Part shown: piece after piece, positions 23,801 through 37,115 of the stretch
Layout: the number at the start of each line of letters is the position of its first letter
How positions within the stretch are numbered: position 1 is the stretch's first letter
NCBI RefSeq assembly: GCF_036321535.1
Contig: NC_087437.1
Coordinates: 48,672,001 to 48,736,000, forward strand
Origin: Camelus dromedarius
Lineage: Eukaryota
DNA: 64,000 nt
Direction of reading: 5' to 3'
Program-made: the position numbers and the translations under genes
Notes under the pieces: generated by a model
Seen by the model: the letters and a program-made list of their open reading frames with translations, nothing else
Told to the model about the DNA's origin: nothing
Database searches by the model: none

Positions 23801-26800
23801 TTCAAACAATTTACAGAGAAACAATGGATCAACTAAATGATGAATTAATTCAAAGCAAATAGTCTACAGGAAAAACAAGGTATAGTTTTTGAGGAATAGC
23901 ATGTGATTGATTTATTTGCAAAACTTTATTTTAGCTTTTTGCCCTAACTATCCTGATAATTTAATTCATTTTCTAATGTCAATTTAGATTTAAGTTCCTT
24001 CCTAGTCTACAGCCCTTAGAACTGATAGGAAGCTGTGTCTGCAAAATGCCAACTATGCTGCTACCTTAAACTATCTAAAGGAACAGACGATTCTCTTTTC
24101 ATGCAGATGTTAGACTTTATGCAGACTCCTGGGGAGTAATGACACACTGATTATTTGTCTTCCTTGGGATTTCTTCGCTCAAACCACCATTGCCAAGGTA
24201 AAAACAGTACATCTAAGAAGCTTCAGCTAGTTAAGTATTTTATACACAGAGGATTAACATATCATGAGTCAAGTAGTTCACCGATCTCAAATTCTGTATC
24301 CTTTCTGAGACATTTGACAAAACTCTATTGCTAGTGAATTCCACCTTGCAAATTTCAGAATAGATTTATTTTAAAGGCATCATAAGACCATATAATTGCA
24401 CACTGACTTTTAAGAATTAATAATGCTGGATACATAAACAATATTTTTCATCCAGTTCTCTCAAGGGTTAAACACTTTGTCATTAAACTTTGACAGAAGG
24501 AGAGATGACCTCATTTAAAAATCACTGCGGATGGACCTGAAAATGATATTTTTCTCTGGTATCTTATAGCAGCCAATTTCCAAAATCATTTGTTATGCCT
24601 TTTAGTTGTGTTGCTAGGTTTTATTTGCTTGGGATTTTTTTTCAACATTCATTTTGAACATCAGTATAAGTACATTTGTTACCTTTGTTGGAAAGATTTC
24701 TCCCAACGTAGAAAAATGGCTACTTTGGATTCAGGGCAGAGATGAGAAAAAAAAGAGGTATGTGTCTCCCTTTTTCATTCCACTATAGTCTCCTAAGACT
24801 GTTCCACTTTCACCCCACCCATACACCACAAATATTCATTTGTAATTTTATTTGTATTAATAACATACTATCAAGGTGCTGTTTAAAAAACTTCACTTAG
24901 TTATGCACAAAGCTTATATCAAAACACTACGACGAAGACCTTAGCAACAGAAACCAATGAGCATATTTTATTTTCCAGAATTAGGTTAAATGTTATTTGA
25001 GTCTGGTAACCATCCTCCCCAACCCAGGATACAATTGTCTTTAAAAATAATCTGTTTATATTGAAATTTTATGAAATGACTTGGAAGTATTCGTTTATCT
25101 TTTTTAATATGAACTGCAGGTGAAGTTGCTTTTCAAAACAGTGTTTTGATCATTCTTTTAACACCATGGCATTGAAAGGGTGGAGCCTCACCAGTGCTTA
25201 TTCAGTCTTCAAAGACATTGTCACCTGATATTCTCAGAAACTTGTGATCATAATTGAACAAAGTAATAGTTAACAGAAATTAGTTCTAAGTTATTGGAAA
25301 CTTTGGATTCCAAAACCCTCTAGAAATGAAAACTTTTCACCTGTCCTTAAAACCCGGAGGTCAAGTATTCATTGACCAGTAAAGACCACCCCCAATCAGC
25401 TAGAAAACACTCTTTGAAATCCAGTTAACTCTTTCCCACAGACAGCCTTCTTTTTCTATTTTATCAGAAAGTTAAATTTGCCATTCTATACTCCAATAAA
25501 AGTTAAGTTGTTTTGATCTGATAATTGTAAGATGTACTGTATGTATCTTAATTTGTAAGTTTTTAATGCTAAAGCTGAAAGCTGTTCAGATATAACAGGA
25601 GGGCTGGAAATGAGGTACAAAATACTGGAATTCAAATTAACCAATAAATATATTTTAATATATATCAGCAGGACTCTAGAGGATTCCATTAATGTTGAAA
25701 AATAGAAAGGATTTAGGTTAATTTGGTAAGAAGGCAGGTCAGAACGTTTACAACAGTGGTATAGAATTGTATAGAGATGCAAAATTTTTCAAGAGAGCAG
25801 AATTTTTTCAAAAACGCTGACTCTAGCTGTCACAGCCCTGCCTTGGCTAAATCCAGTGGAGAGATAGGAGGACTTTCTAATTTGCTTTCCCTCTATTTTA
25901 ATAATAGCTGTGCATAAGTAATTTATGAAAGGCCAACCAGGCAGTGGGCAACAGAAAATTAAACTCATTTTATCTGAAAGCAGGTGGATTTCTATATATC
26001 ATTAGCATGCATAGAATTCTCACAATGTTATTTCTCATACTGATGGAATGTAACCAAATAATATATGAGTTTTTTGCTTATGCACGAGTGAAATTTTTAG
26101 ATAAAAGTGCCAGCCCCAATGGCAATTTTCTGCAAAACGAAAACTAATTCTGTGAAGCTTCTTATTACTGGAAAGACTCATTTGGCTTGCATTAGAGACT
26201 GACATAAGTGACTTTAGGATTTTACTAACAGATTAGATGAGATGTGCCACATACTGTAATATCATTAGAGAATGTAACAGCACTGGAACGCTTTGGGGCA
26301 CTTATTAAGGGTACCGGCACAAGTAAATTGTTTTCCTTTATGACACAAGCTTTTGAATTTTTTCTCTGATTAGAATGCTTTAATTTTATGGATTTTTTTT
26401 TTCTGACATTTAAAACAACTTTTATTTTACACTCCCCAAAATTGCACACAAATTATGTTTTGCATGATTCAGCTCAGTGTTACTAAATGCATTATCCATG
26501 CCTTATTCCATGAATATCACCTAGGCAGAGGGTAGATATGTATTAAGAAAACAGCTTACACAATACTAAAATCAGAACCCTTCTAACAGAATATAATCCT
26601 AACTTATAGCAAAGACTAATCTTCATGGTTCTGAGGAATTTTTGCTATTAGTACCTTTCACTTACTAAATGTTTGTGTGGGTTCTACTCTCAGCTTCTAA
26701 CAAGATCTTAAAATTAGATCATTAAAAATGGTTCTTATAATATGAATACTCCTATTCTGTTCAGTTTCCTTCCTAAAATTCATTCAAATATATGAAATAT

Positions 26801-27159
26801 TATAGCTTTTTTATTCTGATGAATCTTACCTTATCAAAATTCATGTATCAAGCAAAACATTTCTTGCTAAGGTATACAAAAACATAGGGTGAAGATGGAA
26901 ATGCTTGTCACTTTATAAAAGAAGCTATGGGAAAAGCTGGGGGGATTTGGGGAATGATTTTGTGCTCCACGTTTTTTCCTTTCTGAGTTATCTTTTCCTG
27001 ATATAAGTTTTTCCCCCTTCGTTTTAAAAGTCCTTTTACTGTTCATCATCAGAGAAGGAAATTAATGGAAGAAAATGTACTACACACCAAGTTACCTAGA
27101 GAATAGCACCCAAAGGATGAGTTGGGGAATGTGCATTCCGTGTCTCAGTCTATAGAGTG

Positions 27160-27310
27160 CTGAGGTTAAGGGTTGTGGAGTCATACAGAAGGGAGGTTAA
27201 TCCCAGCTCTGCCATTTTACCACCCATCTGACTTTAGGCAAATGACTTCCCTTCTCTGAGTTTCTCTGAGTTTTTCTTTCCTCACCTATATGATGAGATC
27301 ATAACACCAC
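27160..27310 (+). mobile_element. MIR SINE
   Basis: ggttaagggttgtggagtcatacaga...aatcccagctctgccatttt...tgactttaggcaaatgacttccc. Confidence 0.8.
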
Positions 27311-27559
27311 TGTCCTCTCTGAGGACCACATGCAATTGGATCTCCCTCCTGTTCATATTCTTTCTCTACAGTGCAGGGTGGCCCCACAGGTTGAAAATTA
27401 TGTCAGACCAACTCTGGTAGACATTCCAGATTTCAACAAGAAGAACTCAAGATCGTGTTAGTTAAAAGACGGTGAAAATAACCAATGAGATAATCCTCCA
27501 TGCGGGATCCTGAGCCAGGGTCTCTTCAATCTAGAAATGACTGAAGTCAGTCATTGCTA

Positions 27560-27800
27560 TGCTCAAAAGTCACCTCTTCTGAGAACTGGGCTGGACCGAG
27601 TTAGTCACAGCCATCGTGTGTTCCTCATGCTATTTTTATTAGCGCACTTACTACACTGTATGGATATTATTTCTTTAAATATGTTCCTCACATCTTGAAC
27701 TCTTTGAGGGCAAGAACTTTGTCTTTTCAACTTCTTAACTTCAGCTGCCAGCGCACTGCCTGACATACAGAGATCACTAAAATGAGCCTTCTGTGAACTT
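27560..27800 (+). mobile_element. L2 3' end
   Basis: aaagtcacctcttctgaga...gaactctttgagggcaagaactttgtctttt...gcactgcctgacatacag. Confidence 0.75.
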
Positions 27801-29304
27801 GGAAAAATGTTTGACACCTGAAAACAATTTTAGTACGAAACACAAAAACTTTAAAAGTAAACTAATAAGGGTTTACTTAAATTTCCACAAACTGTCAACA
27901 TAATGTCGTCTTTGTTACTTGTGAAATTTAATGTTCATAAAACTTCATTATATTAAAAAAGAGTAAGGTATATTTTTTCATCACCAAAATTTCTGAGCAG
28001 GCACAATGATTACTAAAAAATTATAGTCAATTTAAAAATAAACAAGATATACATAGCTAAAAATTTGGGGACGTAAAAGTATCACAATCCTTTTAAATTA
28101 TTTTTGCAGAAAAAAGTATATGCATAGTTGAAGTAGGATGTCAGTGTATTTCGATGTGATATAATGTGGGGTAGGGTCTATAAAAGTGGGAGGGCCCCAG
28201 CCCTTGGAGGTCTTTAACAGCCTGATAACAGTGGAAGAGTAGGTCAGAATTTAAACAGGCTGGCTGAAGCATGGTGAGACTAATCAAGAAAAGCTTCTTA
28301 GTGGAAGTTTCCCTGATCTTCAGTATGAAGGTAGGGAGAGAGAGATGGTCTGGAGAAGCAGAGTTATACTTCACCAGAACTAATCTTATAAGTAAGCAAA
28401 GTAAGACTGGGAATATTTTCTGAGGTGCCAGACAAGACCCCTTGACTCACCTGCACCCCTATTCCCCCCCAAAAAAACTTTTCCAATATATCTTTTGAGA
28501 CCTAAATTCTACCAATAATGAATAATTTTATTCTCTAAAACTTACGTCAGCTAGTAGATGTAGATGTGCCTGAGAGATCCAACTGTTTAAACAATATCAT
28601 TGATTTAGACCGTATTGTGGGTTTAACATCGTTCTTGTCAGGGAAAACCTAGACTTGTTAGGGGAAAAAGGGGCATGAAAGCACTAACTGAGCAAGAGGG
28701 ATATGACTGGAGAGGAGCAGTAAGGCAGGTATCAGGATTCTACTGTGGACTGCATTCGAGACAGCCTGCATTCCTGGGCAGGACCTGAGACAAGCACAAA
28801 CTGTACTGAACCATCTGTTGGTAAAGTGTGAGTTGTATGTGATGGGAAAACCACTGAGGGCTCATAAACTGTGGAGCAGCCTGGCCAAAAAACAGGAATA
28901 AAGAATTACATATGCCTAAGAAAGGAACAGGGAACAAAAACAGTAGCAGACACATTCTTGTTGACCCATTGCAAGAGAAATCAGATTAATCCTATAAAGA
29001 TGCTAAAGACAGGACAGTCAATCTTAACATATCTGTAGCTAGTTGTTTTATTTAATTCTCAGAGTTTACCCACATGTCCCAACTAATAGGTGGACTAAAA
29101 TTGCCTCTAGGAAAAACCTAGCAGAGTTTGCTACTCCAAAGTTGAATGCATGTGTTATTTTTAAGATTAGCAACATCTGGGAAAACACCTACCAAGGTAC
29201 CCTTTATTTAAAAGAAAGTTAACAAATTCAAGTTAACAAATTGATCATATAGTATCATGCCAAGAGATTGTAATATTATTACAGAAAGTAATAATAAGAG
29301 TGTT

Positions 29305-29428
29305 GGTTATAATAACTATAAATGGAGTATAACCTTTTAAAAAGTGTGTATCATGATATTGTACATCTGTAACTTATATAATATTGTACAGAAACTATAC
29401 ATCAATTTTAAAAAATTAATTTAAAAAA
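29305..29428 (+). mobile_element. Very short 5'-truncated L1 3' end, same family as 9732-10424
   Basis: Closely matches about 10308-10405 (ataataactataaatggagtataacc...atattgtacagaaactatac). Flanked by aagagtg, a possible TSD. Confidence 0.85.
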
Positions 29429-32034
29429 GAGTGGCTACGTGTCTCAGAAAATTCAAGGAGGTATGGAAATATTCAGACCTCCTGCTGGGATGGAGTAGAC
29501 CAGGAATTCACTGCAAGTCTTTGAGCTCATAACCATATTTCTTATTAATACACAAATTTGCTTTATTCGTAATCTTAAAACAGACATCTATGCATTAGTT
29601 GGGAGATAAGTAGTTATTTTTCTTTGTTGTTTTATATCATTATTTATCCTGTGTCTTCCACGGGTAAAATGATTGGTACTCAAGGTGATATCAGTGAGTT
29701 CCCCCATTCTTTCCACAACTTTCTATTTCCTGATCTCTTTTCTCTGTTCTCACCATAAAATGCTTAATCTCATACCCTATAATATTCAGACAACTTCAGC
29801 TCAGTCAAACTGAGGGAAGCATAGAATTATTCTGCTACAGTTTGTCTCTAATCTATCTTCCAATTTGAAGAGGAGTCTAACTATTGATCGTCAAAGAACC
29901 TTTAGGAATGTTATGAAAATGGGTTAACATTTATTTAAAGAGGACTCATCAAGGATCTTATTTCAAACAAACAATTTCATTCTTTCAAAATCAGGGAATG
30001 GAAAAAAAGGATATTTTTCCTCAAAGTATGAATACCACAAGAGTTTGTCACATTGATTCATTGCTTATAGATAAAAACAACTTAAGCTGATTTTTGTTGT
30101 TTATAGAGTAAGTGTAAAATGTTCCACCAAAATAGGTAGTGACATTTTTGTGTCCATAAATGTGCATGTAAGTCCAATTATGTATTTGTTGTCATTTAAA
30201 CATCACCACCATTATTGAAACAGAAGTGCCAGTACTAATTCTTGCTGTCACATTTTCCAAAAATGAAAATAAGGCTTTTAAGTAAAATGCTAAGGTTTTC
30301 AATCTGAATTATTCATTCTTTGCATGGACTTAGCAGAACACCCTTAGCAAAATAGCTAAACAAAAGCCTACCAGGGTTCTGGTTTCTAATCTCATTAAGA
30401 AATACATTATAGGATTTTTTTTTAAATTTCACAGTTAATGGAAAAGTTTTTCTTTCCTGAAACTCACCAAAGAGTTCAAGAAAGCTTCTCTAACTGCCAT
30501 AGCCTCCATCTAATTGAAGTACCGTGAGGAGACCTTGAAAACAGTGGCATTAGTCACACAGCTAAACAAACCACGTTTGATGGTACCAGTTGACCAATCA
30601 GAACCATTCCCCAGATGATCTTTGTGGGAATAACAATCCATTAATAATAACTGAAGCAATGATCTTTCATGCCACCTTTCTTTCATTCGAGACCACTCCA
30701 CTGGTAATCTCTTAGGGGAACTATTAGCTACTTCAGTGTCCTTCATAGAAGACACTGCCTGTTCCAACATTTATTTCCACTGTAATATTTTTTTCCCTCT
30801 CTCCCACAGAAGTGCCTTTCAGAAATTAAAGTAATTTTCACTGTGGCTCTAGGAAGGATATAGGGAGTGAAGAAAGAAGAAATGGGTGGGAGAACAAACA
30901 AGTGGAGAAGAAAAATACCTTTTCTCTCACACCTAGCTCTGAAATTCAAAAGTATTAAAGAAAAGTAATGCACTAAATTATAATATTCAGTAGTTGTTCA
31001 TCTTAGCTATTCTGCCATTAAGGAGAATAAATCTATGTGTTTCTAAATGTTTCAAACTAATTATAAAGTTTTGCAGAATTTTCTTACCCCTGAACTTAAT
31101 ATTTGTATTAATCTTACACATAATAATATAAACTGGGAGAGTGAGAGAATGAGAGGGTAATCAGAAGTAGACCAAGCTGTACTTCCCGCTACCTACCATA
31201 CCGTGAGCTCTATGTTGGCATCTATGTTATTTGTCTTCTCATGTCCAGTTCCCGGCACAGCATAGGTACTCAATAAATGTTTTATGAAAAACTTCTCTAC
31301 AGTAGGGGACAAGCCAGAGATGAAACCAGCCATATTGCTGATTACTAAATATTGCTAAATTGCTAAATATTCTGTAGCCTACACAGTAGCTGCCTTTGTC
31401 ATTTCTTTTTTGATATTGACATGAACTTTACCACTACTTTAATATTGTGTTTTATACTTACCAACTTCTTTCTCTTACAGGAGCTTGTTAACATTTTCAA
31501 GAATGTGGTTAGATCAATTTACACAAATTCTCAGCAACAGAGGCCATAATTTAGAAGACATTTTCCACTAGCTGAACTCTGCAGAATAACTCATATGGTA
31601 TAATCTCTACCCAGCTCCTACCCCCAAACCTGCTGGCTAACTGACTGATTAAAAAAAATCTTCCTCAAGTCTACAAAATATTTTAGCAGTTCCAAACTTT
31701 CTACATCACTTTGCACATCTAACATGGTGAATATATAACCAAGGATGTTAGGGAAGTATCAATGATGCATGTTATTAATCATTAAATATATCCATATCCA
31801 AACTCTGAAGTAAACGGTTGGTTTGTGTAATAGGGTGAAATTTTGATGTATTAACAAGCTCTTCCTCTTCCAAGAATATTATGTCACTCTGCGACTCTTC
31901 TCAGTTGGTCAGAACTAGGCATTACTTAAGGAAAGAAGGAAGACCTAAAAGAATGCAGAGTACACAGACACTCAGTTCTTGTTTTCTGATTGCTGTAATA
32001 GGCTCTTAGAACTCATGCCTTTTAAAAAAAAACC

Positions 32035-32370
32035 CACATTTTTATTATGGAAACTCTCAAACAAATACAAAAGCAGAGAGATTAATATAATACACTCCTT
32101 TCTATGCACCACCCAGTTTCAACCATCATCAACTCAAGGCCAATCCTGATTAACCTACACCCTTACCCACTCTGCTTCTCCAAAAGATAAAGACTTTTTG
32201 GTAATTCCCTTTCTCCATACCAGTTTGTTTGTTGTACAAGATGTATTAACTGGGAAAGACTCATTTTTTTTAAAGAAAATATAGCCACAATAAATACCAT
32301 TGTCACATTTAAAAATTAAACAATAATTCTTTAATATCATCAAATATCTTATTAATCACATTTTTTCTGA
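32035..32370 (-). mobile_element. L1M (MC/ME-type) 3' end
   Basis: tttttattatggaaactctcaaacaaatacaaaagcagagaga...accacccagtttcaaccatcatcaactcaaggccaatc. Confidence 0.75.
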
Positions 32371-33289
32371 CAGCCCTTAAATGAAACACACAGCTTTTTT
32401 ACTTGCAAGACTGAGCTTTAGTATTTTAAAAATCTAATCTCTGAAGGATTCAGTACATAAGATTTATCCATTAAAAAAAAGTTGGAAGGAGACGATGTGA
32501 GAAGACATAACATTTTACTCCAACAACTAAATATAGGTCTTCCAGAAGGGGGGAAGGTAAAGCAGGAAGAGGGGATAGACAAGAAAGCAATTGTGCTATA
32601 TGTTTAAAGTGGATTGGATACTGAGTCCCGCACCAAACACTTTGAGTCAAGCCCCAGAAATCCTTGGTGAGTGAGCACCGTGTAAACCCTCCAGGATTTA
32701 GATGCAAACCTGAATTAAAGGGAAATTGAATTTCTGCCCTTCAGTAAATGAAAGCTAGAGGTAGACATTAATTCTATCTGTAGAAAAATAAAGTGCTTTT
32801 GATACACCTGGGTGTGTGGCCTATAAATTTATTCTGAATCCACTTGATTTGTTTTTCTAGGTTAAGAACTAGGAGTATGGGTCTGACCTGTTCTATGTGA
32901 CTGACCATCCTCTTGAAGCACACAAAAATAATACTCAATCACATAAATCTCCTGGGAAAGTTGTGTTCTCACCCGAGCCCCTCAAATGAAAGTACTATCA
33001 CCCATAATATGGTTCCTTTGGGCCCTATGTAAAAAAAGTTTCTAAATTCCCATTCCTGGAATTATTTAGCTTCCTAGTTGTAAATTCCATACAGTGCCAA
33101 AATAACAGGCAAATATAGACAATAATAATAATAATGTGTTTTTCTATTAAACATCAAGGTATGTTTCAGAACACTTCAGTGACAAGAGATTTGGCCTACT
33201 AAAGAATCTGCTTAATAGCAAAACACTTCAGACCACAAAGTTAACATTCGATTACATGTGTCTTACAACAAACGCTACCTTGATCTGTT

Positions 33290-33510
33290 AAAATAATAGC
33301 TATCTTGATAGGTTTAGGATACTGCTAATCATTTTATGTAGGTTGCTTCATTTAATTTTCATAAAAGCCCTTTCAAGTAGCTACTGTAATCCTCAATTTA
33401 TAAATGAGGACACCAAAGTCACACGACGGACTAATGAGTGGAAGAGCCGAGAGACCAGCACAATCAGGTGTGTCACTCATTGGTTCCTACAGCCCTAACC
33501 ACGGTACTAC
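33290..33510 (-). mobile_element. MIR SINE
   Basis: tcatttaattttcataaaagccc...caatttataaatgaggacaccaaag. Confidence 0.7.
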
Positions 33511-33554
33511 CCTGAATCCCACATTTGGTCACTTAAAAAATATATATATTCTCA

Positions 33555-33705
33555 GGGGGAGGATATAGCTCAGTGGTAGAGCGCGTGCTTAGCATGCACA
33601 AGGTCCTATGTTCAATCCCTAGGACCTCCATTTAAAAAAAAAAGAAATAAATAAACCTAATTACCTCCCTCCCTCCCCTCCCAAAAATTAAATAAATAAA
33701 TATTT
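33555..33705 (+). mobile_element. tRNA-Ala(AGC)-derived SINE (camelid vic-1-like)
   Basis: GGGGGAGGATATAGCTCAGTGGTAGAGCGCGTGCTTAGCATGCACAAGGTCCTATGTTCAATCCCTAGGACCTCCA carries A and B boxes. It is followed by the same AATAAATAAACCTAATTACCTCCC tail as the copy at 20.5 kb. Confidence 0.92.
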
Positions 33706-33710
33706 TTAAA

Positions 33711-33714
<4 letters not shown>

Positions 33715-33756
<42 letters not shown>
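33715..33756. repeat. (AT)21 microsatellite
   Basis: Directly visible. Confidence 0.95.
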
Positions 33757-33758
<2 letters not shown>

Positions 33759-35519
33759 TCAAGAATATGGTCTCTAGAAGTGACATTTCCTTGAACTCTT
33801 AACTATTCATATTTTTATCTTGAATTCTCAGTTTAAACTTCAAAGTACTGAAAAAGAACAAAAGATACTTAAAAATAAGTTCTTCAGAATCCTAACCCAT
33901 ATTGATGCTTTACTATTGTTTTTTTAACTACAAAAAGCTTTGTATTTCTTATCAAATGGCTTTTTCAAGCTACAAGTATAGAATGTGACCTGGCATTCAT
34001 GACCAGGGTTTCTGTAATTCCAAGTCAGAGTTATGAAAGAAAATTATGAGACAATGGTTGATAATATTGAAAAAAAAATCCATATTTACAGGAGATTTTT
34101 TCAAGTGACTTACTATGATGTCTATTCATGGGAAGAAAGCATTTGAAAAGACAAATATATAAAGAAGTTATCCTACAGTGAACAGAACAAAGCCCATTAA
34201 TGACAATGATGTGAACATTCAAGAAATTATTAAAAGGACCTTTCATTTTGAGGGAAAATTAATTTACCCAGAATTTAGTGCAATTGTTGAAATAAGAAAA
34301 TCAGAGAGGCAAGGAAGTGGACTTTGTGGCCAAAGTTTTGCCTAAAGTAATAGCAGTTATGAAGGAGACAGCATTCTGCTTTTCTCTTTCACATTTGTCA
34401 AAAAGCACTGGAGAGGTGGCTCTTAAAATTCTTATTTCTTTAACAGCATAGTTTTTTTTTTTCTGCCAGAACTTAAAATAATTAATAGGTCTATGGACTT
34501 TTATCTCTATTTTATCTAAACATATTTTAAAATTCTTAATTTGTGAATTTTAGGGGAAAGCAGATTTATTTCATAAATATCCCAGGTTTTCTTTTTCAAA
34601 ATAATTTAAATACATAGAGCCTTGTAGAAAAGAAGTAGGTGTTTATCAGGGACACTTGCCTTGAGGCAGAGAGATGGCTTCTCTGTCTGACTACCTTCAC
34701 AATGAGTAGCCACTTTTGTCCAGGAAAGTACTTGCACAGTTTTAATTCTATATAGGTGCTTCTCTCTCCACACTAACCAACAAACCAACAAAGAATAATA
34801 CTGGAAACCAGGGAGGATAAAAAGAGATATTAGACCTGTCCCTTGACCTCAGATTGCATACAGTCTTCCCTGCTTGGGGAGAAATTCCCATTTCCTCTGC
34901 TTGTCAAGGTGTACATTGAAACCTTGGACCGCACTGCTCCAGGAAAGAGAGGTCACAGCCAAGAAATTAGCAAAGAAAAAACTAGCTAATTCTTGAATTT
35001 CAGAGTGCTCAGATCAGACCTACCAATTTAAATGGTAATTGAATAAATTTTCAGGGATCTTTCACATGTAAGAAGCGACTCTAGAGAATGACTTGTGTGT
35101 CTAATGTTCTCTTTAGACCATAAACACTTCATACATTCAGAAAAAGATGATGCTATGAACTACAGTCTGAGTCAGGGAAAACTTCATACTGGGTATAACT
35201 GAGATGTGAACTACTCCTTAAAGGACAGGCTAATTTCAGATGATAATAGATGGGCTATCTGACTCAAGAATGAGTCTAAGCAAAGAGCACAGATGATGCA
35301 CTCAAGATTCAGCAGTGACCATGCAGGTTCCCAAAAAGGCCACCTGAAAGGGGATCTATCAGGGTTACCACAAAGTCCTTTAGATCCCCCTGTCCATAGT
35401 GTAATAGGGCTGACTTCTTTCATAAACGTCACTGTGTTATGGATGGAAAATAACTCTTAATTATAGGGTGGATTTAGGGTCATTGCTTTCTGAATTCACC
35501 TCCAGTCCTTTACACTCTA

Positions 35520-35900
35520 AAAGGGCTGCGTGCTCCATCAAATATGTGTGCTCCCTGCTTCCAGCCGAAAATCTGTCCTATAGAACTCTGATATCCTTCA
35601 CGCTTCTAAGCTTTTGCATTTCAGGCAACCCTTACCCCTCAACAATTAGCTCAACCATAACTTTATACCTAAAATCTTTCTGATACTTTCAATTCCTGAA
35701 ACACTGCCCCTCATTCATTATAAGTGGTATGTGTAACCTAATTAACATTATCATGCAACTGTAATCATCTGTTTACCTATATTTCTCTCTTACTAGAAAG
35801 CTGTTCTTCAAGGACATAAACAATACCTTGTTCATCTTTCTATTCTTAGCTCCCAGCTCAATGCCTGACATATGTTAAATATCTAATTGACGTTTCTGGG
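35520..35900 (+). mobile_element. L2 3' region
   Basis: tactagaaagctgttcttcaagg...ttgttcatctttctattc...aatgcctgacatatg. Confidence 0.7.
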
Positions 35901-36339
35901 TTTTGGTTGAGGAGGAGGAGGAATGCACTTTAACTGTGGTATCTAGGTGACTTCAGTTAGGCAGATCAGAAGCTATGAAAGTAAAAATAAGAACAGAGAA
36001 AGGAAGCGTGAAACTTGCTCCCCCCGCCAAGGAGTACTAGACTAAATCGTGACAAAGGCATTTTGACTATGAAGGTTTTTCTTAGGGCTTAGCCTCCAGG
36101 ACCCTTGGGACCCCCAGGATATCCTCTGTTGCTGTGAGCTTCTCACTTGGATTTGCCCTCCCTGGTCTGGATCCCACGCCCATGCTTTTTCCTATTTCTT
36201 CTTTCCTAAATCCCCCATTGAAGTATTTCTCTCAGTTTACTGCTCTCTGCGAGCAAACCTAAAACTTCAATGTGTGAAAATACGTCATTGTGTTTCCCGA
36301 GTAAATTTTCCTGAGATGCTTCATTCAAAGAGACTTTCC

Positions 36340-36550
36340 TGTTAAATTTAGGGAAGGCTATACACAAGCCCACTCTTATAGACTCAAAACGTGTATTAAC
36401 ATATTAAAGGCTCAGAAAAGGCTTATACCAAAAAACTATTGATTTTGTATAATCTTATATTTCCCAAAATCACTTGACCATGAACCTTTTTTTATACCAC
36501 CTCTTAATGCCATAGGATTCCTGTTCCCAGAACACATCCCAGGAAGAACC
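36340..36550 (+). mobile_element. MER103C-like hAT element
   Basis: attaacatattaaaggctcagaaaag...tttcccaaaatcacttgaccatgaacctttttt. Similar to the copies near 55.5 kb and 63.4 kb. Confidence 0.65.
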
Positions 36551-36729
36551 AGGAAAGGATAAGCAGTTCCAAGTGACTTACTTGGACCACAACAGTTATT
36601 TACTCAAGACTATGTTTTAACCTAAAGGCTTGACTCTTTGGTAGGAAGTTCAGGTACTTACTTGTGACAGATGTTTTAGATAAACAGTCTCTGCGGGAAC
36701 ACTTCAGATTATGTCATGATGGGGGAACT

Positions 36730-36965
36730 TGTTTACATGCTTATTAGGTGCCAGGCAATGTACAATATGTTTTCACATATCTTTTTCCAGTTAATCCAGA
36801 GAACAATCCTATAAGGTAGTTGCATGTTTACCCATGTTAAAATGAGGCAACTGAGCTCAGAGGTTAAGTAGCCTGCCCAGATCACACAGTTACTAAATGG
36901 TGAAGATGAGTCAAATCCAGTTCTTACAATATTAAATCTCATATTCTGTCAATGTCCTCATGCTA
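36730..36965 (-). mobile_element. MIR SINE
   Basis: aaatgaggcaactgagctcagaggttaagtagcctgcccagatcacacag. Confidence 0.85.
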
Positions 36966-36979
36966 CCTAAGTTTCTAGG

Positions 36980-37115
36980 TCAGTATTACTCAAAGGTTGG
37001 CCCTAAGATGCTTGTCAAAAATTCAGATTTCTGGGACCTATCCAGATGTACTAAATCAGAGTTTTGGGGATGGACCAGGATCAGGCGGTTTTAGCAAGTT
37101 CTTGAGGTAATTAAG
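36980..37115. mobile_element. MER5A/B-like hAT element
   Basis: gcttgtcaaaaattcagatttctgggacc...tactaaatcagagttttgggg...ttttagcaagttc. Confidence 0.7.

Noticed and set aside
30510..30770. 86-aa minus-strand ORF (MLEQAVSSMKD...)
   Set aside because: No recognisable homology and no convincing splice sites.
33555..33630. Genuine tRNA-Ala gene
   Set aside because: It has extra 5' bases, a disrupted T-arm, a SINE-specific tail, a TSD and no oligo-T terminator. A second diverged copy with the same tail is present.
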